NCBI GenBank assembly: GCA_947444925.1
Contig: CANFBW010000010.1
Location: 3,915 to 67,914 of the forward strand
Direction of reading: 5' to 3'
DNA length: 64,000 nucleotides
Origin: Flavobacteriales bacterium
GTDB lineage: Bacteria; Bacteroidota; Bacteroidia; Flavobacteriales_C; GCA-002722245
Of this stretch, positions 37,612 through 47,278 are shown piece by piece. The notes under the pieces were generated by a model. The model was given only the letters and a program-made list of their open reading frames with translations, had not been told where the DNA came from and ran no database searches. The position numbers and the translations under genes are program-made. Every line of letters starts with the position of its first letter. Position 1 is the first letter of the stretch.

Positions 37612-38925
37612 TTAATAGTGACATTTTGCACATTCTAACCCACCTATCTTGTCAACAGTGAACTTAAAGTCTTTCTTGTGCTTGAATTCTTTTTTAGCGT
37701 CTTCGTGTATTTTCAAGTAGTAATCGTTGCCTGCGAAATTAACTTCTGTTTCGCGGTGACAGTTTACACACCAGCCCATCGTCAATTCAGAGAACTGCTT
37801 AACTTCAGCCATTTTCTCCACTTCGCCGTGACATTTTTGACAAGCCACTTTACCTACCTCAACGTGTTGTGAGTGGTTGAAGTAAACAAAGTCAGGAAGG
37901 TTGTGCACTTTCACCCATTCAATGGCAGTGTCAGTTCTCATTTTTCCATCAGGCGTAGTGTACTTCATTGAATCTGGATTCCAGCCAATGTAAGCATACA
38001 ACTTATTGATTTCTGTTTTACCGCTTCTGCTGCCTTCTTGAACTGCTTTGTGACAGTTCATACAAACGTTTGCAGATGGAATACCTGAAGTTTTACTTAT
38101 ACGTGCTGAAGAGTGACAATATTTGCAGTCAATTTCATTTTTACCAGCGTGCAAATCGTGAGGAAAAGCAATCGGTTGTTTTGGCGCGTAGTCTTGGTAA
38201 ACACCAATTCCTAAAGCTGCGTCCCAACCAATTTTCGCCAAAGTCAACACCACAATTAAACCAATGATGCTGCTTAATTTTTTGTGCGATTTCATCCACG
38301 TGCCTATTGCTGACCAAACTGAAGAAGATTCTTCAATTTCAGCACCTTGCTTTTGATTGATCACGTTCTTCATAGAACGATTCACACCAGAGAAAATCAC
38401 AATGATTAAAGTAGCAATGCCAATCACAATTAAGATCATCCACAAATCACTGTCGCCATCGTCTTCCGACGCAACTCCTTCAGTTGTTCCAGCTGCAGGA
38501 GCGCCTGGCTCAGCAACTTTAGGAGCAGGACCAGCATGCAAAAACGCAACCAAGTCAGTCAACTGCGCATCAGATAAAAATCCGAATGCATTCATTGCCA
38601 AACCTGCATTTGCGTTGTATACTTGGTTACCGTAAGCGTCACCGCTTGCTCTTACTTTCGCGTTGTCTTTGATCCACGCCTTCAACCATCCATCTACGTC
38701 ACCGTAGCTTCCTGGCTGCACTCTGTCCACCACCCCTTGTAAGGCTGGACCAGACACTTTTTTGTCCCACGCGTGACATGCGCCACAATTCGCTTTAAAG
38801 ATTTTTTCTCCTGCTTTGGCATCTTGCGAAAAGCCTGTTGACACAAAAAATAGTGTGCACACCAGTAAAATAAGGAGGGAAGAGATAGATGAGATTTGTC
38901 TCATTGTTCTTTTATATAAGTTCAT
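37612..38925 (-). CDS. actA: Alternative complex III subunit ActA (multiheme cytochrome c) with an extra N-terminal class-I-like cytochrome c module
   Basis: Six CXXCH motifs: CGACH (N-terminal module), then CKYCH, CMNCH, CQKCH, CVNCH and CAKCH. An Ala/Pro-rich linker and a TM helix separate the two parts. Confidence 0.85.
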   Translation of the reverse strand: MNLYKRTMRQISSISSLLILLVCTLFFVSTGFSQDAKAGEKIFKANCGACHAWDKKVSGPALQGVVDRVQPGSYGDVDGWLKAWIKDNAKVRASGDAYGNQVYNANAGLAMNAFGFLSDAQLTDLVAFLHAGPAPKVAEPGAPAAGTTEGVASEDDGDSDLWMILIVIGIATLIIVIFSGVNRSMKNVINQKQGAEIEESSSVWSAIGTWMKSHKKLSSIIGLIVVLTLAKIGWDAALGIGVYQDYAPKQPIAFPHDLHAGKNEIDCKYCHSSARISKTSGIPSANVCMNCHKAVQEGSRSGKTEINKLYAYIGWNPDSMKYTTPDGKMRTDTAIEWVKVHNLPDFVYFNHSQHVEVGKVACQKCHGEVEKMAEVKQFSELTMGWCVNCHRETEVNFAGNDYYLKIHEDAKKEFKHKKDFKFTVDKIGGLECAKCHY

Positions 38926-38969
38926 TGATCTGATGACCTATTTAAATTCAAGCCATTTTTAGCTTGCGA

Positions 38970-38977
38970 CAAATTTA
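38970..38977 (-). promoter_or_regulatory. Candidate -7 box (TAAATTTG on the minus strand) for the act-cta operon
   Basis: Exact TAnnTTTG match about 45 nt upstream of the actA ATG, in an AT-rich divergent intergenic region. Confidence 0.35.
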
Positions 38978-39275
38978 TAATAATCCTCATTTTTAGCATC
39001 GCCTTTGTCATGGAAAAGTCTGCTCAACATCTAATTTAAATTGATTCTAAATAAGGTAATTCCATTACGTTCATTTTAAATAATTAAAAATCAATACACT
39101 CCATTCAAAATCGCGAATAATGTTTCCATTTTTAAAACATAAATTTGTTAATATTATTTTAAAAACAAGCACTTTGAAAGAGTGTGAAAATAAATCGAAA
39201 AAACCTTTGGCTCAATTGTAGTTGGCTGTTTTTAAACTCGTTATTTATTGTAATTTTGAAAAAAAATTAATTATC

Positions 39276-39716
39276 ATGCGCATCCTCATTTTTCTAATTT
39301 GTTTCATTAGTGCCAACATTGCAAATGCTCAAGATGCTGAAGCATCAAAAGACAACAAGGGGGGAGATGTTCTTGTTTATGGCGACGATCAAGTCAATGA
39401 ATTGCTCAAGCAACATGTAGCCATCAACAAAAAAAAGTGCCCGCATTTGGTGAAGGGCTACCGTGTTCAAATATACTCTTCAGCTGGAAATGGAAGTCGA
39501 GAAAACGCAACGCGCGATCAAATAAGATTTCTAGCAAATTACTCTAGCGTTAACGCGTATAGTATGTACGAGCAACCGAACTGGAAAGTGAGAGTAGGCG
39601 ATTGTCGTTCGCGTTTTGAAGCCGAAAAACTTAAAAAAGAAATTCAGGTAAACTTTCCAAACTGTTTTGTAGTAGTCGATTTTATTGACACCGCATATTT
39701 AGACAACTGCAAATAA
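39276..39716 (+). CDS. SPOR-domain protein, secreted
   Basis: Signal peptide MRILIFLICFISANIANAQ. The C-terminal SPOR-like domain reads YRVQIYSS......A.......NAYSMYEQPNWKVRVGDCRSRFEAEKLKKEI. I prefer the ATG at 39276 as the start. Confidence 0.7.
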   Translation: MRILIFLICFISANIANAQDAEASKDNKGGDVLVYGDDQVNELLKQHVAINKKKCPHLVKGYRVQIYSSAGNGSRENATRDQIRFLANYSSVNAYSMYEQPNWKVRVGDCRSRFEAEKLKKEIQVNFPNCFVVVDFIDTAYLDNCK

Positions 39717-39924
39717 TTTCGTTGACCTCTTTCACTTGGCAAGTTTTATATACCGTATCACCAACAACAACAGCATTCATTTTCGGTTATTCGTTTACTG
39801 CCAAACAACTTTTTAAAAGTTAATAGTGCGAACACACTATTTTCCGACAGCCAAAAGTGCGGTGAAACAATGAAGCAATCAATAACTAAAGCGTAAATCC
39901 CATTCAGCTCCGAAGGAAGGCAAC

Positions 39925-39960
39925 AAAAAAGGGCTGAGTTATAAAACTCAGCCCTTTAAT
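39925..39960 (-). terminator. Hairpin terminator after infB, possibly bidirectional
   Basis: GGGCTGAGTT (39931-40) pairs with AACTCAGCCC (39945-54) around a 4-nt loop. An A-run lies on one side (a T-run on the minus strand) and TTTAATTT on the other. Confidence 0.75.
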
Positions 39961-39978
39961 TTATTGTACATATAAAAA

Positions 39979-42702
39979 CTAGATCAGTTTTTGCTTCACC
40001 TCTACTTCTTCGTAAGCTTCGATAACGTCGCCCACTTTGATGTCGTTAAAGTTGTTGATATTCAAACCGCACTCGTAACCTACCGTAACATCCTTCACGT
40101 CGTCTTTGAAACGCTTCAAAGAACCAAGTTCTCCAGAGTAAATAACGATGCCTTCGCGGATCAAACGTATTTTGTTTTTTCTTGTGATTTTTCCATCCGT
40201 CACGTAACAACCGGCAACTGTACCCACTTTCGTGATTTTGAAAGCTTCGCGCACCTCCATATTTCCAACAATTTTCTCTTCGATTTTCGGTTTCAACATA
40301 CCTTCCATCGCGTCTTTCAATTCGTTGATCGCGTTGTAGATAATAGAGTACAATCGGATTTCAATGTCTTCTTGTTCTGCTAATTTACGAGCGCCAGCTG
40401 ATGGACGAACTTGGAAACCAATGATGATGGCATTGGAAGCGGAGGCCAACAATACATCTGACTCAGAAACTTGACCCACTGACTTGTGAATAACATTGAT
40501 TTGTATTTGACTCGTTGACAATTTCAACAATGAATCAGATAAGGCTTCAATAGAGCCATCCACGTCACCTTTAACAATCACGTTCAATTCTTGGAAATCA
40601 CCAATTGCAATACGACGACCAATCTCATCCAATGTAATGTGGCGACGGGTACGAATACCTTGTTCACGTTGCAATTGCAATCTTTTGGTTGCTATTTCCT
40701 TCGCTTCTCTCTCGTCTCTCATCACTTGAAAGTGATCGCCAGCTTGAGGAGCGCCTGTAATACCTAATATTTGTACTGGGGAAGATGGCCCTGCCACATC
40801 CACGCGATTGCCGCGCTCGTTGTACATCGCTTTTACTTTTCCGTAAAAACAACCTACCAAAACGATATCACCCAATTTCAATGTTCCATTTTGAACAAGC
40901 ACAGTAGCAACATAGCCGCGGCCCTTATCGAGCATAGACTCAATCACTGTACCTTTCGCCAAGCGATCTGGCGATGCTTTCAAATCCATTAATTCGGCTT
41001 CCACCAAAACTTTATCTAAAAGTTCATCAATACCCAAACCTTTCTTTGCAGAAATATGTTGGCATTGAAACTTACCACCCCAATCTTCCACAAGGATGTT
41101 CATTTGTGCCAATTGTTCTTTTATTTTTTCAGGATTCGCACCCGGCTTATCTATTTTATTGATGGCAAAGATCATCGACACACCCGCTGCCTGTGCATGG
41201 TTGATGGCCTCAGTAGTTTGGGGCATGATCGCGTCGTCAGCCGCTATGACGATAATCGCCAAGTCGGTTACTTTTGCTCCACGTGCTCTCATCGCTGTAA
41301 AGGCTTCGTGACCAGGGGTATCTAAGAAAGTAATGATTTGTCCACCTTTCACTTGTACAGAATATGCACCAATATGTTGCGTGATTCCACCAGCTTCACC
41401 AGCTACCACGTTTTCCTTTCTGATGTGGTCTAACAAAGATGTTTTACCATGGTCAACGTGACCCATTACTGTTACGATTGGCGCACGAGCGAAATCATTA
41501 TCATATACCTCAACATCTACGTCATCTTGCGCATCGGCGCTCACAAACTCCACTTTAAATCCGAATTCTTCAGCAACAATGCTCAAAGTTTCAGCGTCCA
41601 AACGCTGATTGATGGATACAAACAAACCTAAACTCAAACAAGTAGAAATGATTTCATTTACAGAAACATCCATCAAATTAGCCAATTCATTGGCCGACAC
41701 GAATTCCGTCACTTTTAAAATCGACTTGTCTTGCTCTAATTTATCGCGCTCGTCTTGAATTCTTTGACCAGCTTCATCCCTTTTAATTCTTCGGAATTTA
41801 GCTCCCTTGTTTTTATTTTTGCCACCGCTCAAACGAGCCAATGTTTCTTTGATTTGCTGCTGGATTTGACCTTCGGTCACTTCCGGTTTAAATGGTTTTT
41901 TCGCACCAGGCGCTGAAAAACCAGGTTTTCCGCCCTTTTGAGGAGGACGAGCACCTGCTGGCGTTGCACTTGGCGTCGGCACAACTCCTTGTACCGGGGC
42001 CTTTTGAATACGCTCTCTTTTCTTTTTATTGAAGAAATCATTGCCTTTAGAAGATGCAACTGGATTTTTTCTTTTGTCTATTTCCTTTGGTAATTCTATT
42101 CTGCCAACTACTTTGGGACCTTCAATTTTTGCCGCTCTGGCTCTAATCACATCATCTATAGGTTCTGCCGGATTTGCAGATTCCACTATAGGCGCAGGTG
42201 TTTCAGCAACAGGTACTTCAGCTACCGTAGGCGCTACTGCAGCCGGCGCCTCCACTTCTGGAGCAGCGGCAACGGGTTCTACAGCAATGGGCTCAGCAAT
42301 AACAGGCGCAGGAGCGGCAGCAACTGCCTTCTCCTCCACTTTTTCTTTGCCTTTCCCCAAATCGATTTTACCCACCACTTTGACCTCAACGTTTTCTTGA
42401 ACGCGGGTCGTGAAAAGCGCTTCGTCCTTTGCTGGTTCTTCTACCTTTTGTTCTTTAGTAGGCTGAAGCACAATGGTTTCTTTCTTTTCTTTGCCCACCA
42501 CCACTTTTTCAGATCTTTCTTTCAAAGATTTTTCCAATTGGAACTCATCCACCAGAAGCTTGTGCATCTGAGGTGTTATCTTGGAATTGGGATTTGAGTC
42601 TATCTGAAATCCTTTTACTGCAAGGAAATCAACGATAGTCATTAACCCGAGATTAAACTCTCGCGCTACTTTACTTAATCTTGTTGGCTGGGCCGAATCC
42701 AT
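39979..42702 (-). CDS. infB: Translation initiation factor IF-2
   Basis: GTPase motifs [22 protein letters not shown] and NKID. The N-terminal region is Ala/Pro/Val/Glu-rich low-complexity sequence. 907 aa. Confidence 0.95.
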   Translation of the reverse strand: MDSAQPTRLSKVAREFNLGLMTIVDFLAVKGFQIDSNPNSKITPQMHKLLVDEFQLEKSLKERSEKVVVGKEKKETIVLQPTKEQKVEEPAKDEALFTTRVQENVEVKVVGKIDLGKGKEKVEEKAVAAAPAPVIAEPIAVEPVAAAPEVEAPAAVAPTVAEVPVAETPAPIVESANPAEPIDDVIRARAAKIEGPKVVGRIELPKEIDKRKNPVASSKGNDFFNKKKRERIQKAPVQGVVPTPSATPAGARPPQKGGKPGFSAPGAKKPFKPEVTEGQIQQQIKETLARLSGGKNKNKGAKFRRIKRDEAGQRIQDERDKLEQDKSILKVTEFVSANELANLMDVSVNEIISTCLSLGLFVSINQRLDAETLSIVAEEFGFKVEFVSADAQDDVDVEVYDNDFARAPIVTVMGHVDHGKTSLLDHIRKENVVAGEAGGITQHIGAYSVQVKGGQIITFLDTPGHEAFTAMRARGAKVTDLAIIVIAADDAIMPQTTEAINHAQAAGVSMIFAINKIDKPGANPEKIKEQLAQMNILVEDWGGKFQCQHISAKKGLGIDELLDKVLVEAELMDLKASPDRLAKGTVIESMLDKGRGYVATVLVQNGTLKLGDIVLVGCFYGKVKAMYNERGNRVDVAGPSSPVQILGITGAPQAGDHFQVMRDEREAKEIATKRLQLQREQGIRTRRHITLDEIGRRIAIGDFQELNVIVKGDVDGSIEALSDSLLKLSTSQIQINVIHKSVGQVSESDVLLASASNAIIIGFQVRPSAGARKLAEQEDIEIRLYSIIYNAINELKDAMEGMLKPKIEEKIVGNMEVREAFKITKVGTVAGCYVTDGKITRKNKIRLIREGIVIYSGELGSLKRFKDDVKDVTVGYECGLNINNFNDIKVGDVIEAYEEVEVKQKLI

Positions 42703-42743
42703 ATTTTATTATACTATGCTTTAGAATTTAATACCGCTTTGTG

Positions 42744-43985
42744 CTATGCTTCAAATTCAGATTTAAGGATGTTCATTACCTCAACAACCGTTTCTTCTTC
42801 CAAATCTGTTCTCTTCACCAAGTCAGCGATTGACAAATCCAAAACACTTCTTGCGGTATCGCAACCAATGTTTTTCAATTCCAACAATACCCAGTCTTCG
42901 ATCTCATCTTTGAACTCATCCAAGCGAACATCTTCTACATCTTGGTCGGTGTCTCTATATACGTCGATTTCATAACCCACCAGCTTTCCAGCCAATTTGA
43001 TGTTAAATCCACCTTTACCAATCGCTAAAGAAACTTGATCTGGTTTCAAATATACCTCGGCACGTTTTTCTTCATGACGCAATTGGATAGACGTTATTTT
43101 CGCAGGGCTCAACGCTCTTTGAATAAATACTGAATCGTTGTCAGAGAAGTTGATCACGTCAATGTTTTCATTGCCCAGTTCACGCACAATTCCGTGAATT
43201 CTAGAGCCTTTCATACCTACGCAAGCACCAACCGGGTCAATTCTTTCGTCGTACGATTCAACAGCCACTTTAGCTCTTTCACCTGGTACACGAACAATTC
43301 TTTTGATAGTGATTAATCCATCGTAAATCTCAGGAACCTCTTGTTCAAACAGTCTCTCCAAGAACACCGAAGAGGTACGTGACAAGATGATTACCGGATT
43401 GTTATTTTTCATATCTACCTTCAACACCACGGCGCGAACGGTATCTCCTTTTTTGAAATAATCGGTAGGAATTTGTTCTGACTTAGGAAGCAACAATTCG
43501 TTTTCTTCATCATCCAAAATCAAAATCTCTCTTTTCCACACTTGGTAAACTTCTCCCGCTACTATCTGTCCAACTTTATCTTTGTATTTTTTATACAAGT
43601 CGTCTTTTTCCAAATCCAAAACACGTGAAATCAAGTTTTGACGAACTGCCAAAACTGCTCTGCGACCGAAATCCTCCAATTTCACCTCCTCAGAAACCTC
43701 TTCACCCACTTCGAAATCGGGCTCAATTAAAATTGCTTTAGAATAAGCAATCTCGCGGTTTTCGTCTTCCACTTCACCATCTTCAACGATGCTTCTGTTT
43801 CTCCAAACCTCCAAGTCACCCTTGTCAATGTTGACAATGATGTCATAGTTGTCATCAGAACCATACTTCTTTTGAAGCATATTTCTAAATACATCTTCAA
43901 GAATACTCATCATCGTTTCACGATCGATGTTCTTAAATTCTTTAAACTCCTGAAACGAGTCTATCAATCCAATTTGCTGTTCCAT
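42744..43985 (-). CDS. nusA: Transcription termination/antitermination factor NusA
   Basis: S1 and KH domains (VAVESYDERIDPVGACVGMKGSRI, AIGKGGFNIKLAGKL). It sits in the conserved rimP-nusA-infB order. Confidence 0.95.
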   Translation of the reverse strand: MEQQIGLIDSFQEFKEFKNIDRETMMSILEDVFRNMLQKKYGSDDNYDIIVNIDKGDLEVWRNRSIVEDGEVEDENREIAYSKAILIEPDFEVGEEVSEEVKLEDFGRRAVLAVRQNLISRVLDLEKDDLYKKYKDKVGQIVAGEVYQVWKREILILDDEENELLLPKSEQIPTDYFKKGDTVRAVVLKVDMKNNNPVIILSRTSSVFLERLFEQEVPEIYDGLITIKRIVRVPGERAKVAVESYDERIDPVGACVGMKGSRIHGIVRELGNENIDVINFSDNDSVFIQRALSPAKITSIQLRHEEKRAEVYLKPDQVSLAIGKGGFNIKLAGKLVGYEIDVYRDTDQDVEDVRLDEFKDEIEDWVLLELKNIGCDTARSVLDLSIADLVKRTDLEEETVVEVMNILKSEFEA

Positions 43986-43996
43986 ATCACCTCTGT

Positions 43997-44479
43997 TTAA
44001 AAAGTAATAACTACTTTACATTCATTTATTTTCTTCGCTGCCTCTGTGGCAACAAACTTTAATACATACTGTGTAACCACCAACTCCTTCTTCTTCATTC
44101 CTTCCAGCTTCAATTTCTCGCTGCTCTCCAAAACAATACCTTCCTCGTCGGCTGAGATCAATATCCCTTGCAATTTCTTGCCGTCACCCGTTTTCACTTC
44201 TACTTTTTTGCCAATGTACTTCAGGTATTGTTTCAACACTTTAAATGCTTGATCCAATCCCGGTGAAGAAACCACCAGCTCAAAATCTTCCGTTTCACGA
44301 TCCAAAGAACTTTCAATTTGTCGACTCACTCCCACTATTCCTTTAATAGGAATACCCTCTTCACCATCTACCAAAACACTGATTTTATTACCAGCGCCAA
44401 CTTTCACTTCCACTAAAAAATAGTTCGTTCCTTCTATTTTTTCGTGCACCAACTTCGTAATCAATTCTTCTGATATCAT
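43997..44479 (-). CDS. rimP: Ribosome maturation factor RimP
   Basis: 160 aa from the ATG at 44479 (MISEELITKLVHEKIEG..YFLVEVKV), upstream of nusA. The ORF-track start at 44596 lies inside a terminator hairpin. Confidence 0.85.
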   Translation of the reverse strand: MISEELITKLVHEKIEGTNYFLVEVKVGAGNKISVLVDGEEGIPIKGIVGVSRQIESSLDRETEDFELVVSSPGLDQAFKVLKQYLKYIGKKVEVKTGDGKKLQGILISADEEGIVLESSEKLKLEGMKKKELVVTQYVLKFVATEAAKKINECKVVITF

Positions 44480-44586
44480 AACTTTACCTAATGAAGCAGG
44501 GGACTTTTGTGTCCCCTGCATATCAAATATCCAATAAAATGGAAGGCAAATGTAGCTAAAAAATTCTAATCTGCAAGGACTTAAAG

Positions 44587-44620
44587 AAAAAAGCATCCGT
44601 TGGGGTGCGGATGCTTTTTT
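44587..44620 (-). terminator. Rho-independent terminator after the GT39 gene (bidirectional shape)
   Basis: GCATCCG (44593-99) pairs with CGGATGC (44608-14). The hairpin is flanked by an A-run and a T6 run. Confidence 0.75.
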
Positions 44621-44720
44621 CGGATTTCCTTGTCGGCCCGGGTAGCCAACAAAAGGTATACTAAGAGGTAATTGCAGGATAGACGTTACTTTGAATAGAG
44701 GGTTGCCTCGACTTTAAAAA

Positions 44721-46127
44721 TTACTTTAAAGGGGCGCTTCGGCGGTACAGATTGAACTCTTGAGTGGGCGTCGAAACAAGCGTATATGCAACAGGACAGA
44801 TCTCTCTTTTATCAAGCAACAAATAGGTGCGCAGAAAACCATCATTGGGCTCCATACTCACTTTACCATAACGTTGAAAATACCCATACATCGCCCAATG
44901 ATCACGGTACTTTGCTGGAACACTGATCACACTGTACGCCGGCAAAATGGAGGTCATCACTTTAATGTCGTGCACCAAAGTATTGTTGCGGTTAATTTTT
45001 CCCCTTTGCGCATAAGCCACCATTCCTGAGGTAAAAAGCAACAACAAAGCCATTGTATTAAATATTCTATAGGCCCTACTTTCTATGTTGATGCGTTGCA
45101 ACCATTGCTGCACCGGAACAGCAACCAACAAAGCAAAGGCAATTGCAAAAAAAGGAAGTGCACACAAAATATAGAAGCCATTTTGCTTCAAACTCACCAT
45201 AATGGGCAACACACCGCACAATCCCAAAGAAAAGAAAATCCCGCTCCATGTTTTCAACTCAGAACTTGCTTTGTGCTGCCGACCAAGTAGCACGAACACC
45301 GTGGTCAACATCGCCGCAATTCCCAACTCAGTCATTAGCTTAACAATAATATAAGCGCGATAGGGTACAGTTTGTATATTTTGAATGCTGTTAAAAACCT
45401 GGGCATTTAAGTAGGCTTGAATACTATCGATTCCCGCTGGCACAAAACAGTAAAGCAACAGCGCAGGCAGCAGCAATCCTGCGCTAATAAAAAGCATTCG
45501 AATCATGAATTCTTTAAAGGTACTGAGCCGAAAACACCACAAACAAAAAGGAAGCGCCAACGGAAACAAGCCTGTAAATCCTTTGCTCAAGAAAGCGCAA
45601 AAAAGCATTGCACCTGAAAGCAGCATATAAAGGCATGATTTGGTACTGGCTGCTTTTAGCAAAAACAACACCGACAAGCACACAAAAATCAACATTGTGT
45701 TTTCCAGCATATTGTTGGCAGCGCCCCAATAAACCAAAGGCATCACGAGCCAAAACAAAAAAGGCAACCATGCCACTGCGCTAAATTTACTTAGTGTAAC
45801 CTGCTGCCAAATTAAAAACAGTATCCCTCCGCTGATCAAATAGGTCACCATGGAATACAATTTCTCAACTAAAATACTGTCGCCGAAAAGGCGGAAAAAC
45901 AAACTTTGCAATCCCATTACCAAGGGCGGATGCTCGTGAAATGCAGATAAGTAGGTATCCGAAAAACGCAACATCCAAAAACTTCCATCACCCTCCGCTA
46001 AGTTTCGCGCCACAGAAGCATACATCAATCCGTCCATAAACATGCCGTCGCTGAACAAAGTGGGCGACAGCAACAAAATGAAAAGCGCAACAACTACAAA
46101 TAGAAAAGGGTAAAATCTCTTGTCCAT
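44721..46127 (-). CDS. ArnT/PMT-like family 39 glycosyltransferase (membrane)
   Basis: 468-aa polytopic protein. The N-terminal motif DGLMYASVARNLAEG......HEHPPLVMGL is typical of GT39/ArnT-like enzymes. Confidence 0.7.
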   Translation of the reverse strand: MDKRFYPFLFVVVALFILLLSPTLFSDGMFMDGLMYASVARNLAEGDGSFWMLRFSDTYLSAFHEHPPLVMGLQSLFFRLFGDSILVEKLYSMVTYLISGGILFLIWQQVTLSKFSAVAWLPFLFWLVMPLVYWGAANNMLENTMLIFVCLSVLFLLKAASTKSCLYMLLSGAMLFCAFLSKGFTGLFPLALPFCLWCFRLSTFKEFMIRMLFISAGLLLPALLLYCFVPAGIDSIQAYLNAQVFNSIQNIQTVPYRAYIIVKLMTELGIAAMLTTVFVLLGRQHKASSELKTWSGIFFSLGLCGVLPIMVSLKQNGFYILCALPFFAIAFALLVAVPVQQWLQRINIESRAYRIFNTMALLLLFTSGMVAYAQRGKINRNNTLVHDIKVMTSILPAYSVISVPAKYRDHWAMYGYFQRYGKVSMEPNDGFLRTYLLLDKREICPVAYTLVSTPTQEFNLYRRSAPLK

Positions 46128-46148
46128 CGTTCAAAAATATGTTTTGCT

Positions 46149-47111
46149 GTGCTTATTCTTGCTAATTTTGAAAAAAATAATGCTTTGAAAATCATCGCCA
46201 TTGATAGCGTTCACCCAATTTTGTTCGATGTGCTGCGCGCACAAGGACATACTGTAGATGAACTCACGCACCTTGCTTCAGATGAATTGCTGTCGATTAT
46301 ACCCAAGTACGAAGGTTTTATCATCCGCTCCAAATTCAAAATCACAAAAGAGATACTGGATCTTTGTCCAAAATTAAAATTCATCGCCCGCGCTGGTTCG
46401 GGCATGGAAAACATTGATTTGCCTTACGCCACTTCCAAAGGAGTACTTTGTTTCAATTCACCAGAAGGCAATAGGGATGCTGTTGCTGAGCATGTACTCG
46501 GCATGCTTTTGATGTTGCTCAACAAACTAAAAAGCGCCGACAACGAAGTGCGCCAAGGCATTTGGAAACGTGCTGAAAACAGGGGCATTGAACTGAAAGG
46601 AAAAACATTTGCCATCATCGGTTACGGACAAATGGGTTCGGCTGTAGCACAGCGCCTGCAAGGCTTTGAAATGAATGTGCTCGCCTACGACAAATACAAA
46701 AGCGGCTTCGCACACGAAGCTACTATGGAAAAAATATATGCGCAAGCAGATTTCGTAAGCATTCATCTTCCCTACACTGATGAAACAAAGTATTTGGTGA
46801 ACGACGATTGGATCGCCCGTTTTGCAAAAGATTTTTTCCTCATCAATAGTGCTCGCGGAAAATGTGTTGATACCGAAGCCCTAATTAAGGCATTGCAAAG
46901 CGGCAAAATTCGCGGTGCCTGTCTCGATGTTTTAGAATATGAAAGTGTTTCTTTTGAACACATTGATGCCGCGCAACTGCCCGCTCCTTTTCAGTATTTA
47001 ATTCAATCTGAAAAAGTGATATTAAGTCCACACATCGCTGGATGGACGCATGAATCACACGTTAAATTATCGTCCTATCTAGCCGACAAAATAACAAAGG
47101 CTTTTTCATAA
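46149..47111 (+). CDS. D-isomer-specific 2-hydroxyacid dehydrogenase family protein (PGDH-like)
   Basis: NAD motif AIIGYGQMGSAVAQRL, and catalytic region motifs INSARG, DV...E and SPHIAGWT. The start is uncertain: GTG at 46149 or TTG at 46185, which gives MKIIAID. Confidence 0.85.
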   Translation: MLILANFEKNNALKIIAIDSVHPILFDVLRAQGHTVDELTHLASDELLSIIPKYEGFIIRSKFKITKEILDLCPKLKFIARAGSGMENIDLPYATSKGVLCFNSPEGNRDAVAEHVLGMLLMLLNKLKSADNEVRQGIWKRAENRGIELKGKTFAIIGYGQMGSAVAQRLQGFEMNVLAYDKYKSGFAHEATMEKIYAQADFVSIHLPYTDETKYLVNDDWIARFAKDFFLINSARGKCVDTEALIKALQSGKIRGACLDVLEYESVSFEHIDAAQLPAPFQYLIQSEKVILSPHIAGWTHESHVKLSSYLADKITKAFS

Positions 47112-47266
47112 GTAAATACACCTTTTCATGTTCATTGTCACTTTTTGTTTTCGTTTGGCAAAGAGGCAATGCATTTGCTTAAATATCCTATGCAAAGCAA
47201 AGCAAAAAAGCAGCTATCGTTTATATTAAAAGGGGCCTACGGTATCAAGGACCTCTTTTTTCTTGC

Positions 47267-47274
47267 TATATTTG
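47267..47274 (+). promoter_or_regulatory. Candidate -7 box (TATATTTG) for mfd
   Basis: Exact TAnnTTTG match ending 4 nt before the mfd ATG. The spacing is the same as at mgtE. Confidence 0.35.
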
Positions 47275-47278
47275 CGCG

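Noticed and set aside
42147-42354. Ala/Pro/Val/Glu-rich repetitive stretch in infB ([43 protein letters not shown])
   Set aside because: Low-complexity linkers in the N-terminal region of IF-2 are common and variable among bacteria, so this is not evidence of anything unusual.
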